Of a stretch of DNA of 40,638 nt, positions 27,054-35,741 are shown piece after piece (the stretch's first letter is position 1; each line of letters begins with the position of its first letter). The DNA lies in NCBI GenBank assembly GCA_029939595.1, contig JAOZSQ010000001.1, positions 157,084-197,721 on the forward strand, given 5' to 3'. Below the pieces are notes generated by a model. It worked only from the letters and a program-made list of their open reading frames with translations. It was not told the DNA's origin and made no database searches. This DNA comes from Thermoplasmatota archaeon (lineage in GTDB: Archaea; Thermoplasmatota; E2; DHVEG-1). Position numbers and translations under genes: made by a program.

Positions 27054-27237
27054 AACCGTTGGATTTCCTATTAGAATATAATTCTTCTATTTCTTTTAGT
27101 GCATTCATTCGTTTAACATGATCTGAATGTTTTTCCCATTCTTCATTTGTTTTGCCAAAACCATTAATTTTCCAGTTTTTGCACATCAAACATCCCGATC
27201 TTGCGTTTTTTGGCTTTAACCTTTTATGATGAGCCAT
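27019..27237 (-). CDS. small basic hypothetical protein
   Basis: A 72-aa ORF. It overlaps gene 55 by 35 nt, and a TATAAT lies 4 nt upstream of its ATG. Confidence 0.4.
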   Translation of the reverse strand: MAHHKRLKPKNARSGCLMCKNWKINGFGKTNEEWEKHSDHVKRMNALKEIEELYSNRKSNGYDKTQTKKEVD

Positions 27238-27430
27238 GTCAATTATACCAATTAAATTGTGATACTGATAAGATTTCTAATTAAAACGAATGCTTTTTTA
27301 GACAAATAATACCCCCTTATACTATATATCAACACAAACCAAATTTTCAATTTTTTTTTCAATTAAGTATTAACTCCAAGATACCACGCTAATTTCAGTT
27401 ATGTCAATACGACCAAATTAGTTTAATAAA

Positions 27431-27438
27431 TATAAATA
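27431..27438 (+). promoter_or_regulatory. T4-type late promoter TATAAATA
   Basis: An exact TATAAATA about 33 nt upstream of the ATG at 27472, in the divergent intergenic region. Confidence 0.45.
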
Positions 27439-27471
27439 AGAATATACATAAATCTATAACTTTTAAAGGGT

Positions 27472-27789
27472 ATGATTATGATTTCAAATAGAAGACAAGT
27501 GATTACTGAAAAATATTCCTCTATTACCACACCTTGTAAAATACAATGTAAAAGTAGCAAAGACAAACATTGTGTTTTAAAATGCCGAACAAAGAAAACA
27601 GGTAAAGTTGCAGCAGGAACTATAGCGGCTGGTGCGCTTGTTTATGGAGCACGTAAGTTAAACAAAGCTGTTGAAAAAGAAAGAGCAAAACAAATGAAAG
27701 GATCAAACACAAGAAGCGCAAAACTCTTTGTTGGTCCTATGAACAAAAAAGATGAACGTAAATTCAAATTCGCTAAACGGGTTAATTAG
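27472..27789 (+). CDS. small basic single-pass membrane protein with a glycine-zipper TM (GKVAAGTIAAGALVYGA)
   Basis: A 105-aa ORF behind a late promoter. It is a paralogue-like neighbour of 27923..28276. Confidence 0.5.
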   Translation: MIMISNRRQVITEKYSSITTPCKIQCKSSKDKHCVLKCRTKKTGKVAAGTIAAGALVYGARKLNKAVEKERAKQMKGSNTRSAKLFVGPMNKKDERKFKFAKRVN

Positions 27790-27892
27790 AGGTAAATATG
27801 ATTAGTTAAAAAAATAGATCAACAAACATATTGAACGAAAAAAAAAAGATTTTTGGAAAAAAAGAGAACCAGGAGACTTTCTATATCCAGCT

Positions 27893-27900
27893 TATAAATA
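27893..27900 (+). promoter_or_regulatory. T4-type late promoter TATAAATA
   Basis: An exact match 22 nt upstream of the TTG start at 27923. Confidence 0.45.
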
Positions 27901-27922
27901 TTGTGTTAAACAATATACCAAA

Positions 27923-28276
27923 TTGAAAAAAGCTGGTGAAGTAGAAAAAAAGAATAAAGATGCATTTATTAAAAAATGCTTTAAAAGAACAGTTGTAAGT
28001 GGTGGTGTTGCTGCTGGAGTTACGTTGGCTGCTACAGGAGTAGGTGCAGTAATTACAGCAAAAAAACAAGCACAAACGGATGCGGCATGGGCTGCTAATA
28101 ATGCTAGAATAGATCAAGAATTTGATGCAAAAAAAGCTAAAATGAGCAGCGATTTTAATGCCAAATCTGCTAGAATGGACAAAGAATTTAAAGATTTTAA
28201 AAAACAAAATAAAAAAGCTTTTGATGCATTTTCAAAAAAAGGCATGGACGTATTTGGAAAACATTCTCAATTCTAA
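27923..28276 (+). CDS. small basic single-pass membrane protein with a glycine-zipper TM (GGVAAGVTLAATGVGAVITA); apparent TTG start
   Basis: There is no in-frame ATG or GTG between the upstream stop (27803) and the TTG at 27923. The TM segment is followed by a Lys-rich amphipathic tail. Confidence 0.5.
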   Translation: MKKAGEVEKKNKDAFIKKCFKRTVVSGGVAAGVTLAATGVGAVITAKKQAQTDAAWAANNARIDQEFDAKKAKMSSDFNAKSARMDKEFKDFKKQNKKAFDAFSKKGMDVFGKHSQF

Positions 28277-28281
28277 ATTAA

Positions 28282-28992
28282 ATGAACTTTAAAAAATTTT
28301 TATTGGAAACAGGACAATATCGTTATATATATCCTAAACATAGAGGTGAACTTACATTTGATAAGGTTTTAAAAAGAATAAAAAGTACAAGTTCTTTATC
28401 TACCACATCAAATCTCTTTGGCGAAATCTCAGGTGTTGCTTGGAAAGAAATAAAGAAATTTTCATCACCTCAAGATTTTATGGAACATATATACTGGCAT
28501 GGAACAGGTGGTTGTGTAATTAAAGGATTAAAAGCAGGGTTTGCTGTTAGATATAAAGATGCTGGTGGAGGATATGGTGAAGACTATCATGTTATAAGTC
28601 TTTCTAAAAGTAAAAACAAAGCTAGTAACTTTACAGGTATGTCAAGTTCTGGTACAGTATATCCTGTGTTGCTTAGAAAAGGTGCAAAAGTAAAAGAAAT
28701 AACAACCATTCAAGATGCCAATGAAGTTGATGATATTTTAGTTGATTTGTGGTTGGATGATGTAGACGCAGTAAAATTGGGAGATTGGGCTAGATCATGT
28801 TCGGAAGAAGAAATCGCTATTTTAAATCCACGAGCAGTATTAAAATTTCGTGGTGAACACTATCCAGTATTTAATAAAAAGAAATTTGAAAATCCAAAAT
28901 TGGATATTTATAAAGCGATCTTTAATACAGTAAAAAATAACGAATGTCCAAAAAATGGGAAAAATTACACTATGTTACAAGTAGAATATTAG
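28282..28992 (+). CDS. hypothetical protein (YWHGTGGC ... DYHVISLSKS motifs; possible ADP-ribosyltransferase or Cys-His hydrolase, unresolved)
   Basis: A 236-aa ORF with an ATG start. It has no confident family assignment. Confidence 0.5.
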   Translation: MNFKKFLLETGQYRYIYPKHRGELTFDKVLKRIKSTSSLSTTSNLFGEISGVAWKEIKKFSSPQDFMEHIYWHGTGGCVIKGLKAGFAVRYKDAGGGYGEDYHVISLSKSKNKASNFTGMSSSGTVYPVLLRKGAKVKEITTIQDANEVDDILVDLWLDDVDAVKLGDWARSCSEEEIAILNPRAVLKFRGEHYPVFNKKKFENPKLDIYKAIFNTVKNNECPKNGKNYTMLQVEY

Positions 28993-28998
28993 GAGCAA

Positions 28999-29205
28999 TT
29001 GATGTTATCAAGAAAAGTCAAAAAACAGAAACTCAATGAAGAGTATTCAGAACACAATAAAGAGGCTGTAAACTCTTTTGATAGATGTATGGCAAAGGGA
29101 TTTTTACCCCCACAATGCGAAAGAAAAGCTTACCAAGAAAACGAACCAACAGAAACAGAAGGCGATGGACCTTTTGATAATATAATATTTGGAGATTTTA
29201 ACTAA
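28999..29205 (+). CDS. small hypothetical protein
   Basis: A 68-aa ORF whose stop overlaps the next start. Confidence 0.4.
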   Translation: MMLSRKVKKQKLNEEYSEHNKEAVNSFDRCMAKGFLPPQCERKAYQENEPTETEGDGPFDNIIFGDFN

Positions 29206-30155
29206 TGATAAATTTTAAACAATATTTAAAAGAAAGTACAGCACCGGTTATATTTAAACATTACACTAATTCAACCGGTTTATGGACAATGAATAGATCA
29301 CCAGTAACATGTGTTAGATGTGCAACAAAAACATGCCTAATGAACTGTTATACTGGTCTTGATTTTAGAACTGATGATACGCTCAAATTTGATAAAAGAG
29401 TAGAATCTTATTGGAAAAATGTAACAGCAGAACAATTTAAAATTGATATAGAAAAAAAAGCAAATAATGCAAGAATTAAAGAAAAAAAATTATTAGAAAG
29501 GTTTAGATTTTGTGAACGAGGAGAACCAATTGTAACTTCTAAAGACATCAAAAAAATTGAAAAAATTGCTGGTTCAATGAAAGAAACATTATTTTGGATT
29601 CCTACACGTTCATGGAATACAGGAAGAACCAAATCACAAGAATTTAATGATGTTGCTGATCAAATAATTGCCGACCCTAATATACATAAATCAACAAAAA
29701 ACCGATTAAATATAATGAAATCGGAATTAGAAACTGATTTAGAAACAAACAAAACAGATGATATAAGCGGAACAAGTGGAATGAAGGAAACTCATTGTCC
29801 ACTTTGTAATAATACATTAACCATAGAAAATCGTAATGTGTTAACTGAAGGTTTAGGTGGACTTACAAGTTTAATGAAAAAATCAAATATCCGATTACTT
29901 GCATCAATTGATAATGATCCCGTTTCTCAACAAAATTGGCCTTCTCTTGTTAAGGATGGTTGGTCTACTATTTACTTCAGTGCTGATGAACCTAAAAGTG
30001 CTCCAAATGGTGCCAAAATATATCCTTGTCCTAAAGCATTACATAAAGCACCACCAGGACATTGTAAAAACTGCAATAAAGGATGTTTTCACCCACGACC
30101 AATTCATATTTGGATGAAAGATCATGGACCTCAAACACGAAAAAATGAATCATAA
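29205..30155 (+). CDS. Cys-rich hypothetical protein
   Basis: A 316-aa ORF with CVRCATKTCLMNC, CPLCNN and CPKALHKAPPGHCKNCNKGC. It is not a canonical radical-SAM CxxxCxxC pattern. Confidence 0.5.
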   Translation: MINFKQYLKESTAPVIFKHYTNSTGLWTMNRSPVTCVRCATKTCLMNCYTGLDFRTDDTLKFDKRVESYWKNVTAEQFKIDIEKKANNARIKEKKLLERFRFCERGEPIVTSKDIKKIEKIAGSMKETLFWIPTRSWNTGRTKSQEFNDVADQIIADPNIHKSTKNRLNIMKSELETDLETNKTDDISGTSGMKETHCPLCNNTLTIENRNVLTEGLGGLTSLMKKSNIRLLASIDNDPVSQQNWPSLVKDGWSTIYFSADEPKSAPNGAKIYPCPKALHKAPPGHCKNCNKGCFHPRPIHIWMKDHGPQTRKNES

Positions 30156-31721
30156 ATTTTCAGCCATCTCTATATCATAAAATATAGATTTGGTTCTAAA
30201 TTCCCGTTCTTTATAATAAGAACTTCGTTTGAAAAATTGTCTCAACGTATAGTTTATCCATTGGGTTTTCATCTTCTCAATGGATATACTACCATCATCA
30301 TTTTCAATTTCAACATCATCCTCATATTCCCATTTTAAAGCATCTATCAAATCATATACTTTTATCCATTCCTTCCCTTCTTTGATTCTTCGTCCACGAC
30401 CAATTGATTGAAGCACAGGGATCTTTTTCTTGTAACTAGTAGCAAATATTATATAATGCAAATTCTTTATATTAATACCTTGTCGGAAGGTTCCATAACT
30501 TGCCACAATAACCACATTGTTTTTTCTTTCTGTAGTCGCCCGAATCATTTCCCTTTCCATTGTAGGAATATCTTTATCAACATAAAAAATTATTCTATCA
30601 TTTAAAATGGTTTGCAATTCCTCTTTAATCGCCTTCCCATGTTTGATTCTATTAAAAAGGATTATTACATTTTGATTTAAGTTTTTAACTATTTTGGCTA
30701 TAAATTCGGTTCGCTCACAACAATCTATTAAAGCATCTAATTCAGCAAAATAATTTGGTATCGGATTACCATCATCATCAAATTTAGTATCATGAACTAA
30801 ATCAAAAACTTTTTTTCTAAACCATTCTGGATATGTAAGAAATACCTTAACCAATGACAATTTGGCTATAATACCCCTTTGTTCTAAATCTTTATCTGTT
30901 GTATATTTTTTCAATGGTCCGAGACTTCCAACAATTGAATAATACTCAGCCAATTTTTTATCGGGATAGGTGCCGGATAACCCTATTTTATATTTTGCAT
31001 TGATACAGGCTTGAGAAATAGCTGTAAGTGACTTGGCTTTGGCTCCATGACTTTCATCTATAATTAAACCGCCAAAATTTTCAAAGATGGTTGGTTCTTT
31101 ATAAATGCTTTGCCAAGTTGAAATTATAATGGGTTTCTCAAAAAATTTAGATTGACCAGAATATATTTTGTGAACATTGTCAGCACAATTATATCCATAC
31201 TCCATGAAATCACCATATAATTGTTCAACTAAAGAAGTTGTAGGAACAACAATTAACATCCGTCCACCTTCATTAACAACCCAACGAGATATCATATAAA
31301 TTATTAATGATTTTCCACTTGATGTTACCGATTCAATACTCATTTTTTTAAATTTACAAGCATCATAAGTAGCTTCTAATTGGTAATCTCTTGGTGGATA
31401 AGTTAGATTTAAACTTCCAACAAACTCATGAAAAGTCAATTCATCAACATCTTCAATATCTTTATAATCATAAGTAATATCATATCCGGCTCTTTTAATA
31501 AATTTTTCTAATTTATATGTTAGACCGATTGGAAGTGAATTATCCCATTTTTTGAAAAATTTTATTTTACCATCCCATTGTCTCATACGATACGCAGGGG
31601 TCCATTTATAATTTTCTGGATATATAGCAAACAAATTTGTGAGTTCTTTCTCAATTGAGGGAGATCCACATTTTATAATAACGAAACTTTCATTTAATTT
31701 AATTACTTCTAAATCAGTCAT
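30150..31721 (-). CDS. uvsW: UvsW-like SF2 DNA helicase
   Basis: PRDYQ (Q motif), Walker A TSSGKS, DESH and QSIGRGRR (motif VI). Confidence 0.8.
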   Translation of the reverse strand: MTDLEVIKLNESFVIIKCGSPSIEKELTNLFAIYPENYKWTPAYRMRQWDGKIKFFKKWDNSLPIGLTYKLEKFIKRAGYDITYDYKDIEDVDELTFHEFVGSLNLTYPPRDYQLEATYDACKFKKMSIESVTSSGKSLIIYMISRWVVNEGGRMLIVVPTTSLVEQLYGDFMEYGYNCADNVHKIYSGQSKFFEKPIIISTWQSIYKEPTIFENFGGLIIDESHGAKAKSLTAISQACINAKYKIGLSGTYPDKKLAEYYSIVGSLGPLKKYTTDKDLEQRGIIAKLSLVKVFLTYPEWFRKKVFDLVHDTKFDDDGNPIPNYFAELDALIDCCERTEFIAKIVKNLNQNVIILFNRIKHGKAIKEELQTILNDRIIFYVDKDIPTMEREMIRATTERKNNVVIVASYGTFRQGINIKNLHYIIFATSYKKKIPVLQSIGRGRRIKEGKEWIKVYDLIDALKWEYEDDVEIENDDGSISIEKMKTQWINYTLRQFFKRSSYYKEREFRTKSIFYDIEMAENL

Positions 31722-31974
31722 TAGTATCCAATTTCTTTGTTACTTCTTCGTAAAAAGGTAATAAGTTATGATGTTCATTATAACAATGTTCTTTCCAAAA
31801 TTTGAAAAAATCTTTAATTACCTTTTTTAATAAATCAATTTCTGAGTTGTAAAAATGTATTAACTTTGTTTGTTCTTTAGGTGTAACATCTCTTTTCCTT
31901 TCCAATGATAATATATTATCAACCCAATTTTGTAGCAATTTACGTAAATATTCTTCAGCATCAGTGTTTTGCAT
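31714..31974 (-). CDS. small hypothetical protein (positionally UvsW.1-like)
   Basis: An 86-aa ORF overlapping the uvsW start. Confidence 0.45.
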   Translation of the reverse strand: MQNTDAEEYLRKLLQNWVDNILSLERKRDVTPKEQTKLIHFYNSEIDLLKKVIKDFFKFWKEHCYNEHHNLLPFYEEVTKKLDTND

Positions 31975-32470
31975 GGTCTGTTTGTGGGATAAAAGTATTA
32001 GTCATAATTGTTATAGTATTTTTTATTTCCCATTGTTTAGCTTCAGCCATTCTAACCATTTCTTCAAGAAATCTTATGATCTTATCACATTCAGTCAATC
32101 TAGCCAAATGCGGCACAACACGTTCATCTGTTGATAATACCAGATCCCATTCAGCTGTTGTTGTTGGTGGATGTTGAGCATAATTTTCATACCAGTTTTT
32201 TACTTTAAACCATTCATAATTTTTATAATAAACAAAAGAAAATTTCATTTTTTTATATACTTGTAAATAATCAAACCATTTGCCTCTCATAGAGAGTGTA
32301 TTATGGATATCGGTATGTTTGATATTTGCCAATGTGATTTTTGTAAAATCTTTTTTTTGTTCATCAACAAAACCTTTGTATTTTTCAGACAAACTTTCTT
32401 CGGTGATTCCTTCAATATCCTTGCGGATTAAGCGGGTATTTTTAAAGTTGTCATCATATGATTTGTTCAT
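31961..32470 (-). CDS. hypothetical protein
   Basis: A 169-aa ORF with a strong GGGAGG SD. Confidence 0.5.
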   Translation of the reverse strand: MNKSYDDNFKNTRLIRKDIEGITEESLSEKYKGFVDEQKKDFTKITLANIKHTDIHNTLSMRGKWFDYLQVYKKMKFSFVYYKNYEWFKVKNWYENYAQHPPTTTAEWDLVLSTDERVVPHLARLTECDKIIRFLEEMVRMAEAKQWEIKNTITIMTNTFIPQTDHAKH

Positions 32471-32816
32471 AATTCCTCCCTCTTGACTATGATTGTTAGT
32501 TTATGCTAAAATATCATCTTTATCTTTAAGTTTTCTTTAATTACAATAACTTTGACTTGTGTTCTTTTAGATTTTTTATTTGAATTCTTTAAAAATATAT
32601 TACAAAGAACATGAAAAACAGACTTAAAGAAACTGTCTATATGTATATTTATGTTGTATGAAACCAAGCTATTTTGTTAAAATGACTTATTGAATTCTCA
32701 ATTTTTTTCATTACAATATATTCTCAATACATAAACTATTCCCAATTCATTTAATTTCTAACTTTTCTCATAAAGTTAAAATTTTGAAGATTTTGAATTT
32801 GGGGATATTATGTCCT

Positions 32817-32845
32817 CTTGAATTAGGCCAATAAATCCGATATAT
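32817..32845 (+). promoter_or_regulatory. sigma-32-like heat-shock promoter candidate (CTTGAA-14-CCGATATAT) upstream of hsp20, flanked by ATTAGGCCA direct repeats
   Basis: CTTGAA at 32817-32822 is preceded by tgtcct. After a 14-nt spacer comes CCGATATAT, to compare with the consensus CCCCATNTA. ATTAGGCCA occurs at 32822-32830 and again at 32844-32852. Confidence 0.3.
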
Positions 32846-32977
32846 TAGGCCATTTAGACCTATTATATAATCTACAAGTATAAAACATTAGCAATTACTA
32901 GTGTTTTTTATTGTGGCACGTTTATAGCAGTTATAGAAGTATTATTTTTCAAATATAATTTAATTAAGGAGGTATTT

Positions 32978-33421
32978 ATGAAAGATATTATGTTAAAACC
33001 TTTTGGTTCGTTTTTTAGTAGAAGTTCGTTTGATAAAACTCTTGATGATTTTTTTAACATTCCTTTGTTTCTTGAAAAGGAGACTTTTGGTAAAAATATT
33101 AAAGCTGATATAACTGAGACAAACAAATTTTTTATTTTTAAACTTGATGCTCCAGGGGTAAAGAATGATGATGTTAATGTTACTATTGAAAATAGTATTT
33201 TGAATATTAATCTTGAACGAAAAGATGAACATGAAGAAAAAACTTCTAAACGGCATTGTAAAGATGTTTATTATGGTTCATATAACAGACGTTGGGAACT
33301 TCCCAATAATATCAATGTTAAAGATGTTAAAGCTAAACTTGAAGATGGAGTTCTTAATATAACTATTCCAAAAAAAGATGTTGATGATATTGACAATAAA
33401 AGAAAAATTAAAATAGAATAA
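32978..33421 (+). CDS. small heat-shock protein (Hsp20 / alpha-crystallin family)
   Basis: An alpha-crystallin domain runs from DITETNKFFIFKLDAPGVKNDDVNV to GVLNITIPK. It has an ATG start and an AAGGAGG SD. Confidence 0.8.
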   Translation: MKDIMLKPFGSFFSRSSFDKTLDDFFNIPLFLEKETFGKNIKADITETNKFFIFKLDAPGVKNDDVNVTIENSILNINLERKDEHEEKTSKRHCKDVYYGSYNRRWELPNNINVKDVKAKLEDGVLNITIPKKDVDDIDNKRKIKIE

Positions 33422-33442
33422 GAATAAAAGCTTTTGAAATTG

Positions 33443-33488
33443 CCCTCTATAACTTATATAAATAACATTAAATGTTAGTTATAGAGGG
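33443..33488 (+). repeat. perfect 12-bp inverted repeat (CCCTCTATAACT ... AGTTATAGAGGG) enclosing a TATAAATA
   Basis: The arms are at 33443-33454 and 33477-33488, with a 22-nt loop containing the late-promoter octamer at 33457-33464. It lies between the hsp20 stop and the ATG at 33494. Confidence 0.5.
33457..33464 (+). promoter_or_regulatory. T4-type late promoter TATAAATA
   Basis: An exact match 30 nt upstream of the ATG at 33494. Confidence 0.45.
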
Positions 33489-33493
33489 TAAAT

Positions 33494-34297
33494 ATGAATA
33501 TACAAAAACAATTATTATACGATGATTCATACGTTTTAATTGACGAATTATCAAAAGAAATTAAAGATGAGATACTTTTATCAAGACCAAAAACATTTAA
33601 AGAAATAAATTCGGATATACAAAATTTTTTAAAGGATTCAGGAACCGATTTAACATCTCTTGATGAAGAAGAAATAAAGAACATTATTAGTGATGGTAAT
33701 TTTTTATGGGTTTCCATGAAAGAAAATAGTTCAACGATTGTTGAATTAAATCCTTATGTTGATGGTTCGTTAAATTCGGGTTCCCTTAAAGAAAATGATC
33801 CTCGTTATCTATTTTATGATTTAAAAAAAACCGATCCTGATAATTATATTTTAATGGGGTTGTCTAATGACACTTCAGATGTTAATCTACTTAAAGTAAA
33901 AGATGCGGTTGATTGTATACCAAAATTTAAATCGCCAGATTTTTTATATTGCAATTTGCAGGAATCAAAAAATCAAAATATTGTTATTTCTGCTTCTAAT
34001 AAGGTTGATAAAAATGGACCTATTATAAACTCAAATACAGAAAATGTTGTCTTCTTTAAGATGATATTAGATGTTTCATTGAGATTTTCATTTAATGTGT
34101 ACTTTACTGAAATTATAGGAAAAAAAGTTTGCTATGATAATATTCTGAAAATTTTTGATATTATTAAAGAATTTTTAAGTAGTGAAACTATAAATAGAGT
34201 AAGAATACGCACAAGTGATATATCACAAGAAACAACTAATTTTTGGAAAGAAGTAAAAGAGAAGCAACTAATCAATTGTATTTGGGAAAATGATTAA
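33494..34297 (+). CDS. hypothetical protein
   Basis: A 267-aa ORF behind a late promoter. Confidence 0.55.
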   Translation: MNIQKQLLYDDSYVLIDELSKEIKDEILLSRPKTFKEINSDIQNFLKDSGTDLTSLDEEEIKNIISDGNFLWVSMKENSSTIVELNPYVDGSLNSGSLKENDPRYLFYDLKKTDPDNYILMGLSNDTSDVNLLKVKDAVDCIPKFKSPDFLYCNLQESKNQNIVISASNKVDKNGPIINSNTENVVFFKMILDVSLRFSFNVYFTEIIGKKVCYDNILKIFDIIKEFLSSETINRVRIRTSDISQETTNFWKEVKEKQLINCIWEND

Positions 34298-34605
34298 TGA
34301 TAGGCAAATTAAAGAGAAAATTATTAAATAAATATAAAGTTTTTAGAACAACCATATTACTAGAAGATGATCTTCGTTTAATAAGAAGAATAAACACTCA
34401 ATTAAATAAACATAAAAAAACGGGTAAAGTTAAATATTTTCAAGAAGTAGAAAACATTATTAGAATATTACATAATCTTTTACATTTTGATGATGAGTTA
34501 CTTGAATGTTTATTAGAGGTTGTCAGTCCTGAATATAAAACTGATATTAAAAAATTATATAACACAATTAGAGGTAAAATATGGCAAAGGAAGAATTTGA
34601 AATAA
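34297..34605 (+). CDS. hypothetical protein
   Basis: A 102-aa ORF whose start overlaps the upstream stop. Confidence 0.5.
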   Translation: MIGKLKRKLLNKYKVFRTTILLEDDLRLIRRINTQLNKHKKTGKVKYFQEVENIIRILHNLLHFDDELLECLLEVVSPEYKTDIKKLYNTIRGKIWQRKNLK

Positions 34606-34811
34606 CTAAAACACCGGATAAAATTGTTTTTGAATTAAAAAATCCAAGAGATTTTGATGCTTTAAATCATGGAATACGAACTGAGAACAATCGTTACTTT
34701 AAATCAACACCTACATTACAAAAAATGAGTGATGAATATGGTAGAAATCGTACAACTGCTTTTTTTGTAAAGTTTGGTAATAACCAAGTTCAAATGAATC
34801 AACGACTGTAG
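34581..34811 (+). CDS. hypothetical protein
   Basis: A 76-aa ORF. Confidence 0.45.
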   Translation: MAKEEFEITKTPDKIVFELKNPRDFDALNHGIRTENNRYFKSTPTLQKMSDEYGRNRTTAFFVKFGNNQVQMNQRL

Positions 34812-34818
34812 AGGAACA

Positions 34819-34980
34819 ATGGCAAAGACAAATAGAAAGCGAGTTTATGATAGGTTTGAACGTAGTAAAAACAAATCGTTTAGAAAATTTCTAAAAGAAA
34901 AAAAATATAAAAACAAAACGCATGATAAAGACGAAGCTGAAATTATTGAGAATTTGGATTTTATTGAGAATGAAGAATAA
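34819..34980 (+). CDS. small Lys/Arg-rich hypothetical protein (53 aa)
   Basis: The peptide is MAKTNRKRVYDRFERSKNKSFRKFLKEKKYKNKTHDKDEAEIIENLDFIENEE. It is below the track length cutoff. Confidence 0.3.
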   Translation: MAKTNRKRVYDRFERSKNKSFRKFLKEKKYKNKTHDKDEAEIIENLDFIENEE

Positions 34981-35287
34981 TTGGGAAATGGTATCATTAT
35001 CAGTTGGTGATACTATACTTGGTTTAATTAAAGGGCGAAACGGCCATTTAAACAATGACGAAACCAAATCTTTGTTAAATGATTTTTATTTAACAAACGG
35101 ACACAGAACTTTCAAAATAGGTCAAAAAGTAAAAATACCTATTATCCCACTTTTACAACTTAACAAAACGAATGAAACTAATAAAACCGAACATCAGTCA
35201 ATTGTTTTTGACATCAGACGAAAAGAAGTATCTACAGATACCGTATACCCCCATCAAGTCTCTATTGGCAGATTACGAGTGGACTGA
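34968..35287 (+). CDS. hypothetical protein; may be the 5' part of a frameshifted gene that continues in 35172..35663
   Basis: An ATG at 34968 gives MKNNWEMVSLSVGDTILGLIKGRNGHL... It overlaps the next ORF by 116 nt, and the overlap contains a C5 run at 35249-35253. Confidence 0.3.
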
Positions 35288-35663
35288 ACAAAAGAAAAAC
35301 TCATTAATAAATTTTTCTCGTAATGTTGGACCTTGGAACGTAGAATTGCATCCATCGGGAGTTAAAATTGAATTGGATATGGGCAACTCAACAAAATATA
35401 TAGAAGAATTTGAAAAACCAATAAGGGTTTTTATATCTGAACTATATGTTTTTATTTCCAACTTTTACTGTCCTCTTGACAAACTTCAGAACCTTCTGTA
35501 CTATAAGAATTTAGAATCTGTTTTTTATGAAGAAGTGGCTTCCTTCCTTCAAGAACGAGAAAAGGTAATCATTATGAATAATGGAAGAAAGATAGAAGAT
35601 GAATTTTGTTATAGGTTAGGAGTTTTTTATCCTGAAGAACCTTTTAATAAAATACAAGTATAA
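35172..35663 (+). CDS. hypothetical protein
   Basis: A 163-aa ORF. See the overlap note for 34968..35287. Confidence 0.45.
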   Translation: MKLIKPNISQLFLTSDEKKYLQIPYTPIKSLLADYEWTEQKKNSLINFSRNVGPWNVELHPSGVKIELDMGNSTKYIEEFEKPIRVFISELYVFISNFYCPLDKLQNLLYYKNLESVFYEEVASFLQEREKVIIMNNGRKIEDEFCYRLGVFYPEEPFNKIQV

Positions 35664-35741
35664 ACCATCCAGCAAGAGATGAAGTAGATTTTAATCAAAC
35701 TTGAACTTTGAGAGATGGGGAATAATAAATGAAACAAATGA

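Noticed and set aside
27290-27298. T4 MotA-box (aaTGCTTtt) middle promoter in the divergent region
   Set aside because: No appropriately spaced -10 (TAnnnT 11-13 nt downstream) could be placed. Only the box itself matches.
32483-32517. Sigma70-like TTGACT-18-TAAAAT on the plus strand
   Set aside because: The TTGACT hexamer is the complement of the strong SD (AGAGGGAGG) of the minus-strand gene starting at 32470, so the match is probably coincidental. The spacer is 18 nt and the site is 450 nt from the next plus-strand gene.
32471-32977. tRNA or small RNA genes in the long intergenic region
   Set aside because: No GTTC(G/A)A T-loop-like motif with a matching acceptor stem was found. No cloverleaf candidates were seen anywhere in the window.
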